From contig NOWV01000215.1 in the NCBI GenBank assembly GCA_003344405.1, positions 1 to 64,000 of the forward strand: 64,000 bases of DNA, given 5' to 3'. Below the pieces are notes generated by a model. It was given only the letters and a program-made list of their open reading frames with translations, was not told the DNA's origin and did no database searches. The position numbers and the translations under genes are program-made. The DNA comes from Trichoplax sp. H2 (taxonomy: Eukaryota). This document shows positions 13,261-26,000 of the stretch, piece after piece; position 1 is the stretch's first letter, and the number at the start of each line of letters is the position of its first letter.

Positions 13261-13869
13261 CTTCTCTCAGTCTACTCTAAATGATGACTATGATGAACCC
13301 ATTTGATAACGTTAACACTGATCCATGTTACAATCAATCTACTCCATTACAAGTTGACAACGTCCATGATTACATCTATACCTCACTACATTAACTATCG
13401 GTATACTGACTGAATTTCAATTCAAAATAGTCAAATTCTCCATCTTCTGATCAGTTGACTACTAGAGGTACTAGAGCATTGATACGAGTAAAACTTGCAT
13501 TCCGTACAATGATGATAATGGCAGAATCAATTACCAGTTTCAATGGTTATCCGATTTCTTTCCGCTACCAATGAAAGGATAGTAATATTCTTTCCGGTAA
13601 TAGTCCAACAGTTTCTACTTGTTTCTATCAATCCTTCTTCAGTTCTAGGATAAATGAAGTGAGAAATATTCAATTGACTACCTAGACAAAGGGCAGCTTG
13701 AGTCGCAACTTCACCAACACTAACACTACCGTACGATGCACTGCGTATCATGTATCCTACACCAGCTGACTACAGTGACAGCACTAAGCCAGCGTCGAAT
13801 CTATTTGAATCGAGTCGATTCAATTTTGCTTGTTTTGCTGATTGGATCAGAGTCCGACTAGCGTCACAC

Positions 13870-14320
13870 CGTACTAAGGCATACAGTACTTTTACTGTAG
13901 GCTACAGTACAGCACAGTACAATTTTGACAGTGTACTGTACAGTACTATAATCGCGTACAGTACAGTACAGTGCTGTACAGCACAGTACAAATTTTACAG
14001 TGTACAGTACTACAACCACATACTGTACACTGTACAGTACAGTACAGCACAGTACAAACTTCACAGTGTACAGTACCATAATCGTATACTGTACACTGTA
14101 CTGTACTGTACAGAACATGAAACCTTATTCGTCTGGTACTAGACCTGAGAAAGGTCCGGTTTACAGCATAGTACAGTATGAGCCTTTGTGGCCATTGTAG
14201 TACTGTACTGTACTGTACTGTACAAAGCAACGCATTCCATCCACCAGTTCGTACTGTACAAGCTCAACAATTCATGTACTGTACGTGTGTATAAAAGAAA
14301 GCATCACAGTACTGTACTCT
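13870..14320. repeat. Large TACAG/CTGTA array with three ~67-70-bp higher-order units, between the divergent LSD1 and TMEM181 genes
   Basis: CAGCACAGTACAA(A)(T/C)TT(T/C)(G)ACAGTGTAC recurs near 13909, 13979 and 14046, embedded in GTACAGTAC/GTACTGTAC runs. Confidence 0.9.
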
Positions 14321-14459
14321 ACTGGCTCTCCAGATGGCTCAATGGCAAACTTTTAGTCATCATCGAAAGTAGTTGCGCTTATTGCGGCTGGAATCACCAT
14401 TAAGGAATTCTATCTGTCTACATCCATCGTTGAAAAAATTCTTTCTTGTCCATGTAGCC

Positions 14460-17400
14460 ATGGAATGGTAAGGACAATATGTCTATTCTAGATGATCGAG
14501 GATGCTAAACATGACTCTATTATCGTAGCATCACAGTACCGCAGGATAAGATGAATATCAATTAATTACTTAATTATACGCGTATATTATAATTGTCAAC
14601 CAAGCACATCTGGCCAGGTAACACTAGCATAGAAGCAATAGACTCACAAAGTATTTGTAGCAATATCCCTATGACATGATCATGTTGTGCAGTGGAATTA
14701 CTAGTACTCCTGCTAGATGGCAATACAATCTGCCACAGATTGAAGCGATACCATCGGTCAGTCTAAGTTAAATTCAAATCCATGGTACAAACAAGAAACC
14801 ACAGTATTAGATTAACAATTACAATCAAGAAGAAGAAGATTAACTGAAATTCTTCCATAGCTTATAATGTGACCTTTAGCCTCAGTAGATTGTATGCTGC
14901 AATGATAATGGAACACTTTCTTCATAAGTTCACGGTTCTTGAGATCGATTGTGTCTTGCTACTTGTCATGTTGCCTACAGTACGAGTACAGATTAATAAC
15001 ATGAATCAGTCATCACGTCTACAAACTTGAAACCCTCGAGTCTCCTACTAGGCGGGTTGCAAGTAGAGTGTGTATAGTACTTTCTTGCATTAATCACTGA
15101 TGTTCAGTTGATCTTTATACAAATTATACAACACGGAAATTGACTGTGATAGTAAATATCATCTGTGCAGTACATGCTAATAAATCACGTACAACAATAA
15201 CTACTGTAATAAGTGTACTATCTGTTATGTATAATTATTAAATCGTCTCTTGTGTAATTGAGTTGGTGGCGGCTCTCTTTTGTGGTATTGCGATAAATTG
15301 CACAAGGGCTTTGTATTAACCTCACAAATGATACTACTACCAACACTTATACAGTAATTAAAGTTTTCCTTTACATTCTTCCAATTTATCGATGAGAATC
15401 CAATTTACACTCATTGCATAACTAGGTGAAGAATAAACTGATTCGTAGTTTGTGTCAAGCGTGATGATAATAATAGTAAAGCTTTGCATACTTTACAAAG
15501 ATATTAATAAATCGGTCACACTCTTACTTCACAGTACAGCATACGTACATATAACGGAGATGGAAGCATCATTTCTACTGCTCTACACTAAACTACTTAC
15601 TTCTTTGCTATGCTAATTTAATCAAGACAACTACATCCATTTTTGCCTACAAAACATACTCTCAATGATTTATTATTGTATACGGTGGTTGATAATTATA
15701 ATTATTATATGTACAGTATATAGTACACTGTAATGATAACGAAATAGAGTTACCAATGGGTATTAGTTATCATATTGATTACAATTTCTCTTTCGTCTTA
15801 TCAAGTTCGATGCAATTGAAGTTACATGCTCTTACAAAGAGACAATTTGCCTTGGTTTACCTAGCTTTCTTTTTTGGCTTTATTATCCTGATACTAGTTG
15901 GAGTTACGGGTAAGATGTAATGGTATTATTGCAATTATAACAATTGTTCAAAAGCATTATACGCGTACTTTATTGGAATGTAGTCTAACAAATGATATGT
16001 ATACGAACTTGGACTCGATCAAGTAGCAATCTCTAATTGTTCAATATTAGCCAATTCAGCATCACTTAATACTAACGTCCATAAATCCTTACTTTGTCGT
16101 ATTACATCTACCACTATTATAAAGATCATTTGCAAAGATAATGTTATGACAACAGTCAGATCATTGAACAGTGAAGTAGTGGTAGATTAATCGAATCATT
16201 TTCTTTGAGAAGCAAATAGAATTTAGCAGTGTACCCTAAATATCACAAGCATTTCACTAACGTAAGGTCTTTCTTTATGCATACTTGAATTAATTGCGTA
16301 AAATCAGTTATTTTAGCGATATTTAATATAGGTACCTTTGCATTTCTAATGTATGCGATATACAGTAGTACAGTACAGCATAAACTACTAAACATTTAGT
16401 AGTCCATGAGTACAGGTAGCTACACTCACATGCTTTCATTATCGTCATTCTTAAGAATTTGCTAAAGGTTACATTCTCCAAAATTGATCTTGAATCATTT
16501 ATACTATTCAATACTAACTTGTGTGCTTTACGGCTCAGCTACTAAGTACTCTGAAAGTGATCATGACTTGCTATTACGCTGTGGGCTTAAGAATAAGCTT
16601 TCGCCTTCAAGCTTATTTTTATCATCTTCTATTATTATACAGGGCCTCCAGTATTAACTCCAATTGCTGCAAACTACAGCAATTCGGTAACAAAACCTAC
16701 GCATAGTTCTCTAAATGTAAGTTAAAGGGAACAACACCAAAGAATAATGACTATCTACATGAATGAGTGAACATGATAACGCTAATATATCGATATGATT
16801 ACCTTTTGCAACTAATTAATTATTCATTGCAGCAGAAGATTTTTCTGTAGTAATCAAAAATATCCATAGCGTTACTGATTGTGGATATATTTCAGAGTGG
16901 ACCTTTTACAGTAAACACTGGAGAACACGCTTTAAATTTATTTAATCAACAACTCTGGCTATTTTGTCGCCTGAAAATCAACGAGCAATCTTCCGGTAAA
17001 GCAAGTTGATTGTGCTGTTTTATGTAAACAATGTATTTAATATGTTAAATCACTGATTTTGGTATGATTTCATAAAATTTCTACTTGACTCGTTTGTTTT
17101 CTCTTTATCTATAGTACGTATCTTGGGTATAGTATTTCAAGTTAAAGCAACTGTAAAAGGTAGAAATAAAGATGGACATTACGTGATACTTTCTGACTTT
17201 AATCGTACTCGAAAATTAGAATGCAAGGGATCGGTATGTCTATTTGCTTTGAGTATCTTTCATACGGCTTACAATCATTTTATATATATGTTAATATATA
17301 TATATACAGTTTGAACATTTTTTTATGACATTGTATTATTTTGATAGAAATGTGAAGAATTCATGGTATTTCATGTGGGATTTCTGAACTTTGAAAAATA

Positions 17401-19658
17401 CGAAGTAATAGTACGATTTCACGGATTGGATGCAATTAATGTTACTAACGTACGCTTTGAGGTATGTTAGAAGCCTTTCATTACGGAATACGTTATAAAA
17501 TTTTTATAAGTAACTTGCATAGAATAATGCTTACTAGCTGTACCAGCAATTAGGACTTGGATTATAATGAATGAGTTTTGAAAATGAACTTTTAAATTGA
17601 TATATTTATTCATTAATATATTTAGTTTCAACACTACAATGTCGCCTATTCCAGAATTGAACTGTGGCTTCGATTCATATTCGCCGTTTGCTCTTTTGTC
17701 ATTGGCGTAAGTAGAGTGTATAATCTACAGTTTGAATATAAAATATCTGTATACTAATAACAAATCTTGATGATAATCTCTTTAACAGTGTGTTTTCATA
17801 TACATCCTTCGGACATTTGGGATCCATCAGTGGACAGTTGAGCAAAAGTAAATGATTATGATATAATCCGAATTTTACTACAAATAATCCCAATTCCATA
17901 CTGTTGTTATCGTAGTAATAACAAATTTTTCATTGCTAAGACTGCCATCATATCACGCGACTTTCTCGGAATGTAGTACCACCACCTTTATAAATTATAT
18001 AATTAATGAGACTTTCTTATCTTTCAGATGGCTTTCATTTCTTCTTCCATTACTGCTACTATTCAACAGTCAGTAGAAAATGTATTTCTCCGTTTATCTT
18101 GAAAGTGATCTTTAAATTCTATTGACTCTTTTGTTATAGATCCTTTATATCCATTAAAATTCCTTGTAACCAATGCGTCTGCATACGTTATCGACGCCAT
18201 TTTTGAATCAAGTTTTATTGCTGCTCTTCTATTATTTTGGTTATGCATATCTCACAGTATGAGAGAAGTATGATATTGATCGGACGGATGATTTTGATAC
18301 TAACTTACATTCTTGTGTTCTAAGCTAAACTACAGTATAAGGGCTAGTTTGGATCCATTCGCTATATTAACATCTCAATACATATTAGCATTATAGCAAG
18401 AAATTCTTCACATTTTATGCGCCGAAGATATTATTAGTCGGTCTGCTATGGATTGCTGCTTTTACCTTGTCTGTATGGCAAGAGTAAGTGTGTAATGTTC
18501 ATCAATAAAATTGTGTATAAAATGACATAATAAGTGCTTCCATTTTAATAGAACTATTGAATTAAATGCTCCAATCGAACAATACGCGCAATATGCCGCC
18601 AAATTTGAGGTAAGAAGTAATTACAGATACAAATGCACGCTTTTATACATCGAAGTATGAAATTATAACTTAAGCCAAATTTCTGTCTCTATGCGTAGGG
18701 TCTAAAAGTATTTCTGTACATCCTGATTGGACTGTATGTGTTGTACTTACTTTATTTGTTAGTCAGAGCATATGGAGAACTACGTAATTTAGCCTTTCAT
18801 GGTAAGGAATTCGTAATTATTATAGCATATTAAATGTTATATGAGTAACTCTTTTGGTATTTGTGATGTAAGCACCCTAAAGTTAACTTGGAGCTGTTTT
18901 TCGGTCATTTTATGGCATATGCTTTATTTCTCCTTATGTAGATGTAAAAATGAAATTCTTCACATCATCAATGCTCTTCGTGATGATTGTATGGTAATAA
19001 CAATTATTCTTTACAGCGATCGATCGATTATAATTAACTATAAGCGTAAACCCACAAATTATAAATCTTTTGGATGACATAACGCTTACCCTATGAATTT
19101 TTTATTTATTTCAAGCGTTGTTCTTTTAGTCATTCAATATGAACGATCTACCTTGCATACTAACATTTTAGCTCAGTTAATCACTCTCTATCAAAGACAT
19201 ATCCTAAGAAATTGATATAAATCAGAAATTTTGTCAACTTTTAGCCAATATCGCTGCATTCCTTAACCTATTTTACATTCAGAATTCGTTATCCTGTTTG
19301 GAGTATTAAACTTTTACATTTACATGATGGCATTCATCTATTCTCCAGCAAAATTTGCAATTGAAGGTTAGCTTTATTAATACATCGCTGTAAGATTTGT
19401 CGATAAACTAAAACTAACACGTAGTTTATACCTCTCTGATAGAGGCTATGAATAAGCGAAATGCAGTTTTTTCAGCTTTAAATGGAGAAGAGCGTGTCAT
19501 TTACGGGTAAGTAACTCTTGATATCCGTTTCAATTTTAGCTTATAATTAATTGCTTAACCAATTAATTAATTTCCTTTTGAAAAATGGCAGTAGGAAGAG
19601 GAGTAAAAATCAACGATTACCGCTAGAGAGCGACGAAGATGAAGAGTTATCATCTTAA
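14460..19658 (+). CDS. TMEM181: Transmembrane protein 181 (GPR178; Wntless-related), multi-exon
   Basis: Exons encode MQLKLHALTKRQFALV (15810), GPFTV..FNQQLWL, NRTRKLECKG, YNVAYSRIELWLRF, WTVEQKWLSFLLPLLLLFNDPLYPL and SEFVILFGVLNFYIYMMAFIYSP, collinear with TMEM181 as I recall it. The micro first exon ATGGAATG|GTAAG at 14460 is in frame but tentative; the alternative start is 15810. Stop TAA at 19656-19658. Confidence 0.9.
19199..19276 (+). other. U12-type AT-AC intron in TMEM181
   Basis: Donor ATATCCTA, branch site TTCCTTAAC at 19259-19267, acceptor AC at 19275-19276. Removing it gives the in-frame sequence LYQRHSEFVILFG. Confidence 0.9.
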
Positions 19659-20704
19659 TCTTTTATACATTAAAATGACTAGTCTGTCACTATAATTGAA
19701 TATATTTTGTTTGCAGTGTACTTTATGTATTTAGTTCTTGATGAAAAAGTACCATCCATCGTTACTTATGTACAAATTGCATACCTGCTTCGATTATATT
19801 TATGAATTCGACCTATTATTAGCAGTACGATAAATAGGGTTTCAGAACTGTTAAGGTAAATTGTACTTTTTGTGCTTTGTATTGATAAGCCTGACTGCAA
19901 AAACAATTGAAATGTCGTAATATCATTAATTCGATAGAAAGCTATCTAAAAAAGCCTATAAATTGAGCATAAATTGAAGCCTATAACTGTAACCCTGAAG
20001 AAATTCGAACGCATCTCTAAGAATTAAAGTAGACAGATTTATTTGTTAAGTTCAAAATTAAATTTTATAGATGATTATGGTAGTTACGCGTAATCCCTCA
20101 CATTACAGTCATATATTTATTATGAAGCATAGTTACCCTCATTATTTATCATTTAAATGTCTTCTATGCTAATAAAATTTGCAACAATTTTGCCACGCAT
20201 AAATCTGATTGCCTAATATTGTTGCCATTAATCATGGGATTGTAATTGGTACAAAGCAGCCTTAGAAGGATGATTTGTTGTTCTTGCTATCTATCCTATG
20301 CATACAGTACTACAGTACAATGAACAGCAATACCAATAATAATTCATAGCTTCAATTAGGTAATTGCTTATTCTATATACTTTACATTATCACGGATTAA
20401 ACTTAGAAGTTAGAATTTTAAGCTGAACGTGTCAGTATTCAGTAACAGCAGTGAATTTTCCAGCGTGTACACTGGAGAAATAATGCCGTACTCGCTGAGA
20501 CCCGCGGAAATTCCACTACTATTCGTAGCTGAAACTGGTAGGAATTCCACTGCTATACTGTAGAAAATATGCAAATCATCTACGTTAGTGTCCACCAGTA
20601 CGGGCAGTATCACATTGTGGATTGTTTAATGGAGCAATCGGTTGGTCGTCAAAACTTATTTGCTGTTGCTGGTCAAAACGTCTTTACTGTTGCTATGCTA
20701 CAGA

Positions 20705-20830
20705 ACCTTACAGTTTACAGTACTGAGTGTAGAGTTACAGTACTGTACACTGTAACTGTACACTACAGTACTCGACTAAATACTGTACTGTATACTTAGT
20801 GTAAAGTACTGTACAGTAGTACTGTACTCA
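20705..20830. repeat. TACAG/CTGTA array upstream of RWDD1
   Basis: TACAGTACTGTACACTGTAACTGTACACTACAGTAC...TACTGTACTGTATAC...GTACTGTACAGTAGTACTGTAC. Confidence 0.8.
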
Positions 20831-21091
20831 TGCGCGAAAGCTACCGGTGCATTAATTAACTACAGTATATTGAATAGAAGATACTGCGCCTTACAGTATT
20901 AGGCTTTAGAGCTCTTTGACTGTATCCGAAACAAACAAAAGTTTCGTGATCAGTCCATTGCTAAATATCAATTTGCGATTCTAATTCATCGCTACTAGTC
21001 AATCTGCCAGTCTATAAGTAATACAGTGTTATAACTTAACTTATAAGAAAGATTTTTTGATAGTAGGTAAGCTTTAAAATATGCTAAGGTG

Positions 21092-22764
21092 ATGGATTTC
21101 GCCGAAGAACAGCGTAATGAAGTAGAGGCTTTGGAATCCATTTATCTGGATGATCTTCAAAGTAAGGAGCACATGTGAATGTTGAGTGATATAGTTATTG
21201 CTAATTTGGAAAGGCGAGATATACGTGTACAGTACAGTATTTACTTTCTCTGACTACTGTATGTCGTATGCTTCACCGTGGACGTTTAAAGTTTTTAAAG
21301 GATCTTTTAGTTTGTAAAGGTAGTAATTCCAATGTTGGCTAGCCAAACGCTAAAGCTGTACAATTTATTCAGCATTTTTGTTATACACTATCACAATACA
21401 GTATACTACGATGCAGTATACCATAGCACGTGAGACGTTTTGCCCTTATTGCATATACTCGTACCTAGCTACTAAAACTATATTGCTTCAACAACCTTTC
21501 CAAGATGCATTTCTTGCTTTTATCTTGTTTTCCTATCAAAACGAGGTAAGATTAAATGCGCATTTCTTTCAAATTTTGCAGTAATAGAAGAAGATCCATG
21601 GTCCTTTACTATTTACGTCGAGTGTGATCAACAGGAGGATAACCCAAAATTCGAAGGTAGTACTCATTCTATTCATATTTATTTTATATTACGCTGTAAG
21701 GACTTTCCACCACAATGTGAATAAATTGCAACTAGTACTAATTATGTATATTTATAATCGCTGATTCACGTGGTTTATTGAAGACTTGTCTATTTAGTCA
21801 AGAAAGTTTAGATTTGCTGGTTGTTTACCTTGAGCACGTACAAACTACAATGTTTTCTATTTTCAATATTTCGGAAATAGCATGTTCGGTACAGTTTCGC
21901 TTTACTCTTACCCCGTGTTACCCAGAAACTCCGCCGGAGATACAAATTATTGAAAAAGATAACCTATCTGATAATGATATATCTGATATTATGGAAATAA
22001 TGAAGGAACAGGTTAGCTCTCATGAATTCATTTATGTGTATCATCAACGGAGTCGCTCAGTAACCTTTCGTAACACCGTTAGGCTGATGAAAATTCAGGC
22101 ATGGCCATGGTATTTACGTTACTATCAGCCGCCAAGGATAAGATGGCAGAAATTGCAGAGAATATTCTCATACAGAAAGAAGACGAAATCCAGAAGCTGA
22201 AAAGGCTTGCCGAAGAGCGTGATAAGGTATGAATTGTTATGTCAAAAGGCATCTTTAGATACAGTTTATGATAATAAAATCACAGAGTCAATTAGACGAA
22301 TGATAATTCTTTGAATTGAGTTTATTTTGAGTACGTCTATTTCTTAGGCTATTCGGTTAGGAACTCCTGTTACAGTTGCAAACTTTTTAAAATGGAAAGC
22401 TGAATTTGAACAAGAGCAGTCGGCTGCCAAGAAGCGCTCGAAAAATAACGATAGCACTTCTACTAAGTTAACTGGTCAATAAATGTTTCCGTAACTATTA
22501 CTTTAAATTAACTCCAATTAAACTATGTGCTATTAATTATCTTGTTTCTTAGGTCGGCAATTATTCGAAAGTGATAGCTCTTTGAAAAATTCAGATGCTT
22601 CATTTATGCAAGACGGTAGTTATTTGCAATAATGAATTTAGTCTACAGTGTCATTTTTAAATTAAACACTAACGGATTCATTTATAGGTGATGTGAGAAT
22701 TGATGAATCACTGTTCGAAGATCTTGACGGTTTGGATATTGAAGAAGATATGGAAGACGACTAA
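21092..22764 (+). CDS. RWDD1: RWD domain-containing protein 1 (DFRP2/Gir2 family), multi-exon
   Basis: MDFAEEQRNEVEALESIY, FTLTPCYPETPP, GMAMVFTLLSAAKD, GTPVTVANFLKWKAEFE, KLTGRQLFE and IDESLFEDLDGLD; stop TAA at 22762-22764. Confidence 0.93.
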
Positions 22765-23071
22765 CGAATATAGTTACGTGTATAATAATAGTATCTTCGC
22801 ATCATGGCGACCAAATTTTATATAGAACTGTATCATTTATTGGCTACTATTTTATGTAAATCATGGTAAACTTTTGTTGAATAATCGGAATAATATAATA
22901 TTACTTGCTGCAAAGACGCATTAATATTGCATAACAATTTATACAATTAAACCTCAAGCAGGCCATTCAATTTCATTTCAAAAAAATGTCTATTATACAG
23001 GAACTAATTATTATTGCATGCGAGTGCCTCGATATCACCTATTTCTTAGTGCTAGAAGCAATTTTAGATAT

Positions 23072-26000
23072 TCATAGCCACGTTAAAGTAAAGTTATTGG
23101 CCAAACTCTGTTCAACATCAGTGACATTCAGTACCTGCAGATACACGTAAATGTAGTAAATATCAAAACAATTGGTTAATTTTGAAATCTTGACTAATAT
23201 CCAATGACGCCGCTCTATGATCTGGATATTGACTCATTGATTTAGCATATCCTGCTCTAGCAATATTAACTTAGGCTTTAATGATTACCTTCGACGCGGA
23301 ATTAAATTGAAATGTCGTTAACGAAATGCCATTTAGGAAAATATTAGTCACTGTTTTTGACAACCCAAATATAAGGATACGACCTAACGTTGGCAACTGT
23401 CGGTATTCAAATTTGGTAGTGATTCCGTCTAATTGTGTCTGAAATTCATAGAATTCGGCAAGGTGAGTTTGAATCAAATTACGCAAGTTTACTGCATATT
23501 CACGTGCCTACATTTGAACTTGGGATATAAACTATTCCTTATTATCATATCTAAGCTATGCTTACCCCGTTGGCCTTAAATTCCAGTAAGGAAAAATTAC
23601 CGTTTCTATACGTATCTAAATTTCGAAGCAATGAATGACTCAAAGTTAAAATAGCATCTGCAACACCATAATAACTGCTGTGATTTTCTCTATCAATCAT
23701 TAGGTTTCAAATAGTAATAAGAACGGCTGCATTAGCATATATTATAAGGGATGCTGCATTGTTGAGCTATCACTATGCAAGCAACCATTAAGCCTTGCTA
23801 TTGTACATAATTGTTAATTTGGCTATTACACTACAGACAATAATTAATTTATATTTTCTATTGGCATAATGATTTACAACTATACGTTCCTACTATTATG
23901 TTGGCAGAGTGAACGTAAGTGGTATAGTAATCATCACAGATCATACACGGTGCATAGAACGCTAAAATACGACACAGATGCATGCGAGTAGTTACAAACC
24001 GATAGATATGCCGTCATCCCAAAATAAGTTTCCAGTTGCGCTGCTGTTATCGTCAAGTGCCACTATTAGTCCGAACTGATTTAATCGACTATCGGAAAAA
24101 TCCGTTATTTAGAAATCTTTAATTAAAGTTTCTTAACGCACATCCTGTACTACGTAGTAACGTACTTAAATTATTATTTCACAACTATCGCTGTTACCGT
24201 TCGTTCATACCTGTATTCAGTGTTGTTTGCCGGCTCCTGGGTGGGCAATATATAGCCTCCTCTCACATGCAATGGTATATAATCGGCAGGAGCAGATAAC
24301 ACTACCGTTGTACCTCGCTGGTTTGACAAAATTTCAACACCAGTCCTGTAATCATACCATCGAGCGTTTGGGAAATAAGCATGTACTGTTATGGCTCCCT
24401 GAGTGAGCACCGGTGAAATTAACAATCCTCCTCCCCACATAAATTGTTTATCAGTACTTCTACAATTAATGTCTTTAGGGAATTCCATCATTAATGGCCT
24501 CATAACTGTGAAACCTTCGGTGTGTGCTATATGAAAGAGCGTATATAGATACGGTAGTAAGGTATATCGAATTTGGAGTACGTTAAGGGAATTTAATGCA
24601 ATTGCTCCATTAAAAGCAGCTGGATCTTGATCAATGCTATGGATGCTATTATGATTCCTCGAGAAGGTATAGAATGCTCCCAATTGCATCCATCGATTGC
24701 ATAACTCAACAGAACTATCTCCAGAGAAACCACAAATGTCGGCACCAATATAAGGAATACCAAACATATTAAATTCCAAGCAACCGATTATGGAGTAAGT
24801 CATAGAAGGCCATTCAGATTTATTATCGCCCAGCCAGTGTCCACCATACCGTCCGCTACTAGGAAATGTAGATCGTGATATAACTATACTCCTTAAATTG
24901 TTGCCTAAAGCCATCCGTACTGCAGTCAGAGACGGCAAAATTTCACTATGACCATATAAGCTGTGAACATTATAATGGAGTGATTGATATTGCTTTGCAT
25001 CCATACAGATAGTTTTATCATATAGCACAGCTCCCCATAAACCTCTAGGCTTATATGGAGGATTATTATAGGCGTTATTAGGGCATCCAGCAATAGATCC
25101 TTGAACAAAATTAGCTGGCTCATTCATATCAATCCATAAGCCATCAAATTTTAGAGATTTGTGAAAAGCGACGACTTGATTTTGCCACCAAATACTTGCG
25201 GAAGGATTACTAAAGTCAGGGAAGACCGCATTACCGCGTGGCCAAACTTTACCGATCAAATTTTTCCCTGAACTATCATTAACAAATACATTCATCCTAA
25301 TACCTTCGAAATAAGGAGGATATGTGTCATTAGTTTGATTATTACTAATTGCAGGATCCAAGATAATAATATAGTGTTGACCATGTGTATGTAACTCTTC
25401 CACATATTCAGGTAAACCAGCATAAGCATTTGTGTCGTACGTAAAATCTAAAGCATATCGCATATAGTCAATATCCCCATATAGTACATCTAAGGGTATA
25501 TTGTAATCCTGCATCCTTCGCATTACTTCCTTGACACGAGTAAGGCTACCGTATCCATATTTGCTAAGTTGAAAACCTAGGGACCAATAGGGTGGCATTA
25601 ATGGCAATCCAATGGTTTTTGTGTAGTCTTGAGAAACTGCAGAAGGAGATTCACCGACAAATATGAATATATCGATAATACCACCAATTGATCGAAAAGT
25701 TAAAGCAGGGGCACGTGAAAGTATAAATTCCATTGCATTGCTATTGAGGAAAAGAGCTCCATTACTATGGCCCTGACTGTCTTCGATATTGAGGTAGAAG
25801 GGATGAACTCCGTATAAATTAGCATTTTCTATAGGTGGTTGATCTCTTGCAAATAAACCCCATAGTTTCCAATTAAAATCTTGGTGTTTTAATGTACGGT
25901 GTTCGTGTTCGCCTAACCCGTAAAAATCTTGCGATGCTAACCTAGTGCTTATTTCTAAAAACTGATTTTCGTAAACTAACCCACCAATTGAAGTATCAAA

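Noticed and set aside
13870..14320. Possible CRISPR-like repeat-spacer array
   Set aside because: Units are low-complexity and degenerate with no unique spacers, the context is eukaryotic, and there are no cas genes.
13750..14403. Overlapping ORFs rich in YSTVQ/VLYCT on both strands (also 40344-40817, 20569-20799, 6313-6597)
   Set aside because: They are translations of the TACAG pentamer arrays, which happen to lack stop codons; there is no protein-like content.
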